Shown here piece after piece: positions 59,050 to 64,000 of a DNA stretch of 64,000 bases; the first letter of the stretch is position 1, and every line of letters starts with the position of its first letter. The notes below the pieces were generated by a model. It did no database searches and had not been told where the DNA came from. It saw only the letters and a program-made list of their open reading frames with translations. This DNA is from a plasmid, in sequence record NZ_CP135254.1. One strand, given 5' to 3'. Made by a program: the position numbers and the translations under genes.

Positions 59050-59840
59050 CCGTTCCGGCTATCCCTGCGTACCCCGGGACTCACTCCGGTTCTGCCCTCA
59101 TGCAGCTGCCGGTGGCGATCGACTACCCTGCGGCACTGGCGCTGCGCCAGATGGCTTTGGTACAGAATGAACTGCCGAAATATCTGCTGGCACCGGAAGT
59201 GAGCGCCCTGCTCCACTACGTGCCGGATCTTCACCGCAAGATGCTGCTGGCCACGCTGTGGAATACCGGCGCCCGCATTAACGAAGCGCTGGCGCTGACC
59301 CGGAGTGATTTTTCGCTGGCGCCGCCCTGGCCTTTCGTTCAACTGGCCACTCTGAAACAACGGGCCGAGAAAGCCGCCAGAACGGCCGGCCGTGCTCCGG
59401 CCGGTAATCAGGCTCATCGCCTGGTTCCGCTTTCCGATCACCAGTACGTCAGCCAGCTGCAGATGATGGTGGCCACCCTGAAAATTCCTCTGGAAAGACG
59501 AAACAAGCGCACCGGCAGAATGGAGAAGGCGCGTATCTGGGAGATCACAGACCGTACCGTCCGCACCTGGCTTAGCGAAGCGGTGGAGGCCGCGGCGGTC
59601 GACGGGGTTACGTTTTCAGTACCGGTGACACCCCATACGTTCCGTCACTCCTACGCGATGCACATGTTGTATGCCGGCATCCCCCTGAAAGTTTTGCAGA
59701 GCCTGATGGGCCACAAATCGATTAGCTCGACGGAAGTCTATACGAAGGTGTTTGCGCTCGATGTCGCGGCACGGCACCGGGTGCAGTTCCAGATGCCAGG
59801 CGATGAGGCGGTGGCGCTGCTGAAGGGAAATGGCAGGTGA
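59046..59840 (+). CDS. resD: Tyrosine site-specific recombinase (F-plasmid ResD-like multimer resolvase)
   Basis: 264 aa with the catalytic R...HxxR...Y pattern (TPHTFRHSYAMHML...SSTEVYTKV). It sits just upstream of the RepFIA replicon, as resD does in F. Confidence 0.65.
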   Translation: MTVPAIPAYPGTHSGSALMQLPVAIDYPAALALRQMALVQNELPKYLLAPEVSALLHYVPDLHRKMLLATLWNTGARINEALALTRSDFSLAPPWPFVQLATLKQRAEKAARTAGRAPAGNQAHRLVPLSDHQYVSQLQMMVATLKIPLERRNKRTGRMEKARIWEITDRTVRTWLSEAVEAAAVDGVTFSVPVTPHTFRHSYAMHMLYAGIPLKVLQSLMGHKSISSTEVYTKVFALDVAARHRVQFQMPGDEAVALLKGNGR

Positions 59841-60069
59841 CCTCTGTCAGTGTAGTCACCTCCCTGCACATGCTAGGGTATTGTCAGCCAGCAGAACTGG
59901 ACAGGATGATCAGTATGTCAAACTTCCGGCCACGGATATGATCGAGCCAGCAGTGCTCGCCGCAGCCGAGCGACAGGGCGAAGCCCGCGAGTGAGCGAGG
60001 AAGCACCATTGAACAGTACTCATATATTCTGCTTACGCTCAATACCTGAAAAATCTCCTCCTCTCGGGG

Positions 60070-60086
60070 TTATCCACTTATCCACG
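60070..60086 (+). promoter_or_regulatory. Two tandem DnaA boxes (TTATCCAC TTATCCAC) of the RepFIA origin
   Basis: Read directly. They lie about 100 bp upstream of the iterons. Confidence 0.6.
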
Positions 60087-60181
60087 GGGATATTTTTATA
60101 ACTACTTTTTTAATAGTTGTTAGATCTTCTTTTTTAGAATGCCTTGCAGGCCTTTATCCATGCGGGTTTCAGAGGAGGATC

Positions 60182-60273
60182 TGTGACAAACTGCCCTTTC
60201 AGTGTGACAAATCACCCTCACCCCCCCCCCCTTTCTGTGACAAATTGCCCTTAACCCTGTGACAAATTGCCCT
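60182..60273 (+). repeat. RepFIA ori2 iterons (four direct repeats TGTGACAAATTGCCCT)
   Basis: Four ~19-bp direct repeats upstream of repE. Confidence 0.85.
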
Positions 60274-60314
60274 CTGAAGATGTGGCTTTTCACAAAGTTA
60301 TCCCTACTTGTTGA

Positions 60315-61127
<813 letters not shown>

Positions 61128-61140
61128 TCCGAGGGTTATC

Positions 61141-61470
61141 TGTCACAGATTTGAGGGTGGTTCGTCACATTTGACCTGACCAGCTGAGGGTGATTTGTCA
61201 CAGTTTTGCGGTTCACTCCTGTCAGTTTTCGGCTTACTCATAGTTTTTTTGCCAGTAATTGCTAGTGAAGCCGAATCTGAGGGCAGTTTGTCACTTTCCC
61301 TGAGGGCAGTTTGTCACAGTTAAATGAGTGCAATTTGTCACACAGACCTTTGAATGCTGAGTGCCATTTGTCACAGTTAAACTCTTGCCCTCCCCCTTAT
61401 GAAGCGATTTAACAGCGTACCTGAGACCTAGTTTTATTCGTCATCATTGATGAGGGCAAATTGTCACAGT
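61141..61470 (-). repeat. RepFIA incC iterons (at least five copies of the same iteron in the opposite orientation)
   Basis: ttgtcacag / tgtcacaaa units at about 61141, 61192, 61295, 61318, 61345, 61385 and 61455. Confidence 0.8.
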
Positions 61471-61639
61471 TATTGCCCTGAATCGGCTGTCAACGTATGT
61501 GCATATACTCGGAGTGTTTCCCATAATGGACACATCTTTTTGCACAGAGCGTAAGTGCTACCTGCATGAACGGTTCCCCTGCGCTTCCTCGCCAGTTCGC
61601 TCGCTACTCTCGGTTACATGGCTGCGGCGAGCGCTGCCA

Positions 61640-62100
61640 GTTTTTAAGTAGCAATCTTTCAGCATGATAGCAGCAATCTTTAAGCATGATTGCTGCAATG
61701 ATGTTGATAACAGCAATCATGCTGCATGCTTTTTAAGCGCAATATTTTCACGACATATTTACCAGATAAAAGAATACAGATGCTACGCAAAGGCACACAG
61801 TTCCTGTAGTTTTACCTTTATGATTGCAGCTATCTTGCTGATAGATTGTTGTAAACCAGATAACACATTTTTGTATTGCAGCAAGATTGCATCAAGTTCC
61901 TTTTAACTGTTATTGCTTTCATAAATTTATGACAAGCAACCTGCTGACAGTATCTGCGGTATTCAGAATGGTAGATTTAATCTTGCTGCTAGATTTATGA
62001 TTATTGCAATCTTGCTGCAAGCTGCTATCTTGTTCTGGAATGATTTCTTTTCCTAACCTCAATCAGGTTTATACTAACGTTTGCTGCAAGATAGCAGCAA
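61640..62100. repeat. Centromere-like repeat cluster (GCAGCAATCTTGCTGC-family dyads) upstream of the second parA
   Basis: Multiple imperfect copies of tgctgcaagat/atcttgctgc. A similar cluster lies at 63125-63220, downstream of the ParG-like gene. Confidence 0.5.
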
Positions 62101-62114
62101 GTAAAGGGGGCTGA

Positions 62115-62747
62115 ATGGCCTGGATAGTTGGTTTTATTTCCCAGAAAGGTGGCGTAGGCAAAAGCACTAAAGCGAGAGCGTTAGCGCGTGAAGCATCCGC
62201 CGGTGGTATCAAAACAAAATTAGCTGACCTCGACTTAGAACAGGCAACGAGTGCAGAGTGGCACCGCAGACGTCTGTCGGCAGGTTTGCCACCGGTTGCT
62301 TCAGTTGAAGTATTTTCAACAGCAAAACAAGCGATAGAATCTGCCGGTGAGTTTGAACTTCTCATTCTTGATGGCCCAGCTCGTGCAAGCAAAGGGACTT
62401 CTGAAATTGCTAGGGTTGCCGATCTTATCGTTCAACCAACAGGGGCATCCCTTGACGATCTTGTCCCGGCCATTAAAGTTTTCAATGCGCTGGTAAAAGA
62501 AGGTGTACCACGTACAAAACTGGTATTTGCTTTAAGCCGGGTAGGTACAGAAGCCGAAGAGTTGGATGCTCGTGCGTATATCAGTGAAGCGGGTTATGAA
62601 ACATTAGCTGGATGTCTCTTTGAGAAGCCGGCATACAGAAAAGCGATGAACTCAGGACTCGCGGTTACAGAAACACGCTATAAGGGTTTAAACGAGAGAG
62701 CTGATGAACTCATACAGGCACTCATCGATAAGATTGGAGAAGAATAA
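62115..62747 (+). CDS. parA: Small ParA-type partition ATPase (type Ib)
   Basis: Walker A SQKGGVGKST. 210 aa. Confidence 0.75.
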   Translation: MAWIVGFISQKGGVGKSTKARALAREASAGGIKTKLADLDLEQATSAEWHRRRLSAGLPPVASVEVFSTAKQAIESAGEFELLILDGPARASKGTSEIARVADLIVQPTGASLDDLVPAIKVFNALVKEGVPRTKLVFALSRVGTEAEELDARAYISEAGYETLAGCLFEKPAYRKAMNSGLAVTETRYKGLNERADELIQALIDKIGEE

Positions 62748-63121
62748 TGGCTGATACATCAAAACTTAAAGCTAAAAGAGCCCGCGGTGGGCTGGGTGTA
62801 CCTCCTGGCCCCGACGAAGTGGCTACCAGCCTGAACGCACCTGAAATAGCTCCTGCAGTCGCTGCCACTGAAGTACAGATACAGCAGGCTGACTTATCGC
62901 CGGTGTACCATGAGCCTGTGGATACGCAAACAGTGACTGAGGGATATACACGCCGCGATGGTCGTTCTGCGAGAAAAACGAACAGGACGCTGGCATTTGC
63001 AACACGTGTCACACCTACTTTCGATCAAGAAATCCGGGATATAGCTGAACGTGAGGGATTGAAACTGGTAGAAGTCCTTGAGAAAGCCGTTGAGGCATAT
63101 AAGGAAAAACAGGGGTATTAA
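62747..63121 (+). CDS. ParG/ParB-like small centromere-binding protein (candidate)
   Basis: 124 aa, start overlapping the parA stop. The C-terminal 40 aa (FDQEIRDIAEREGLKLVEVLEKAVEAYKE) suggests a ribbon-helix-helix fold. Confidence 0.45.
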   Translation: MADTSKLKAKRARGGLGVPPGPDEVATSLNAPEIAPAVAATEVQIQQADLSPVYHEPVDTQTVTEGYTRRDGRSARKTNRTLAFATRVTPTFDQEIRDIAEREGLKLVEVLEKAVEAYKEKQGY

Positions 63122-63124
63122 GCT

Positions 63125-63350
63125 TGAATGCAGCAAGATTGCTGCATTCTTTATATAGATGATATCTTGCTGCAAGATATATGCTAGCTAAATGCTAGAT
63201 TGCTGCAAGATAAATGCTATAATACTCAAACTGAGTAACTAAAAGACTTAGTCAAGTACGCAAGTTGAGTAGTTACCTGTTGTTTAGAATCATAATTACT
63301 CAATTTGAGTAGTTAAAGCATGTGGATAAATACTCAAATTGAGTATCAAT
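63125..63350. repeat. Repeat region holding the second ParA/ParG-type site (tgctgcaagat copies) followed by parC-like TACTCAA(A/T)TTGAGTA dyads upstream of parM
   Basis: Read directly. At least four tactcaa...tgagta copies lie between 63225 and 63345. Confidence 0.55.
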
Positions 63351-63360
63351 GGAGATGGGT

Positions 63361-64000
63361 ATGAAGATTTTTTGCGATGATGGTTCTACAAACGTGAAAC
63401 TTGCCTGGTTTGAAGACAAGACACTGAAAAGTGCTGTGTCAGTGAATTCTTTTCGCCATAACTGGAAAGTCGAGGGCTTGGGCAGCAGCCGTACCTATAA
63501 CTACCTGCTCGATGGCCGAAAATATACCTATGACCCGGTCAGCGAAGCAGCGATCAACACGACGCACATTGAGTACCAGTACTCCGATACAAACGTGTTG
63601 GCTGTTCACCACGCATTACTGAACAGTGGGATTGAACCCCAGGATATTGATCTCACCGTTACGTTACCTATCAGCGAGTTTTACACAGCTGACTGCCAGA
63701 AAAACATGCTCAACATCGAGAGGAAAATTAGCAACCTGATGCGGGAAGTCACCCTGAACAAAGGGGGCACTTTTACCATCAAAAGCGTTGAAGTTATGCC
63801 TGAATCACTTCCAGCTGTCTTTACTCGCCTGGTTGCTGATAATGTTGGCCAGTACGAAAAATCATTGGTTATCGATCTCGGTGGTACGACCCTAGACGTC
63901 GGGGTTATTGTTGGTCAGTTTGAAGACGTATCGGCAGTACATGGTAATCCGGATATCGGTGTATCAATGGTCACGAAAGCCACGCTGACAGCGCTGAAAA
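63361..64000 (+). CDS. parM: Actin-like partition ATPase ParM/StbA (partial; runs off the window end)
   Basis: MKIFCDDGSTNVKLAWFEDKT...VLAVHHALLNSGIEPQDIDLTVTLP... is collinear with R1 ParM (MLVFIDDGSTNIKLQW...VVAVHHALLTSGL...). It is not in the ORF track because no stop codon falls within the window. Confidence 0.8.
   Translation, partial: MKIFCDDGSTNVKLAWFEDKTLKSAVSVNSFRHNWKVEGLGSSRTYNYLLDGRKYTYDPVSEAAINTTHIEYQYSDTNVLAVHHALLNSGIEPQDIDLTVTLPISEFYTADCQKNMLNIERKISNLMREVTLNKGGTFTIKSVEVMPESLPAVFTRLVADNVGQYEKSLVIDLGGTTLDVGVIVGQFEDVSAVHGNPDIGVSMVTKATLTALK

Overview
This window is a plasmid-type mosaic from an Enterobacteriaceae (Klebsiella-like) multireplicon plasmid. From start to end it holds the following.
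(a) 1-2226: an IncFII-family repA 3' portion with its downstream origin, followed by a YedK-like SRAP (SOS-response-associated peptidase) gene that is cut off after about 63 codons.
(b) 2514-15116: an eight-gene, tightly packed minus-strand operon. It combines an SNF2 helicase, a Zn-ribbon N6-adenine methyltransferase of the DUF1156/COG1743 kind, a short PglZ-like phosphatase-fold protein, a large protein with no P-loop, and an embedded SIR2-HerA antiphage pair. This looks like an unusual BREX-type-3-like defence locus and is the most novel thing here.
(c) 15474-25299: an NTEKPC-I-like resistance island. It carries a repB remnant, tandem repeats, klcA, a split ISKpn6-like transposase, blaKPC-2 (the window sequence is written kpc2 in places below), and a Tn3 derivative that has lost bla and gained ISKpn27.
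(d) 25306-36500: an HNH gene cut by Tn3, an Rpn nuclease, a second defence block with an EcoRII-like Type II restriction-modification (R-M) pair and a Ppl-like PHP-ATPase gene bracketed by two serine resolvases.
(e) 37377-41892: a ParA/ParG-like partition module, an impCAB (umuDC-like) SOS mutagenesis operon with a LexA box, and an orphan adenine methylase truncated by a cryptic Tn3-family element.
(f) 46173-53785: a plasmid-borne nhaA and a Tn21-family remnant carrying a HepT/MntA toxin-antitoxin (TA) pair, with IS5075 inserted in its terminal inverted repeat (IR).
(g) 53907-64000: small hypothetical genes, a RES-domain toxin candidate, a resD-like recombinase, the RepFIA (repE) replicon with iterons, and two partition systems (ParA/ParG-like and ParMR).
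All calls rest on reading the supplied ORF translations and the sequence by eye; no database search was run.
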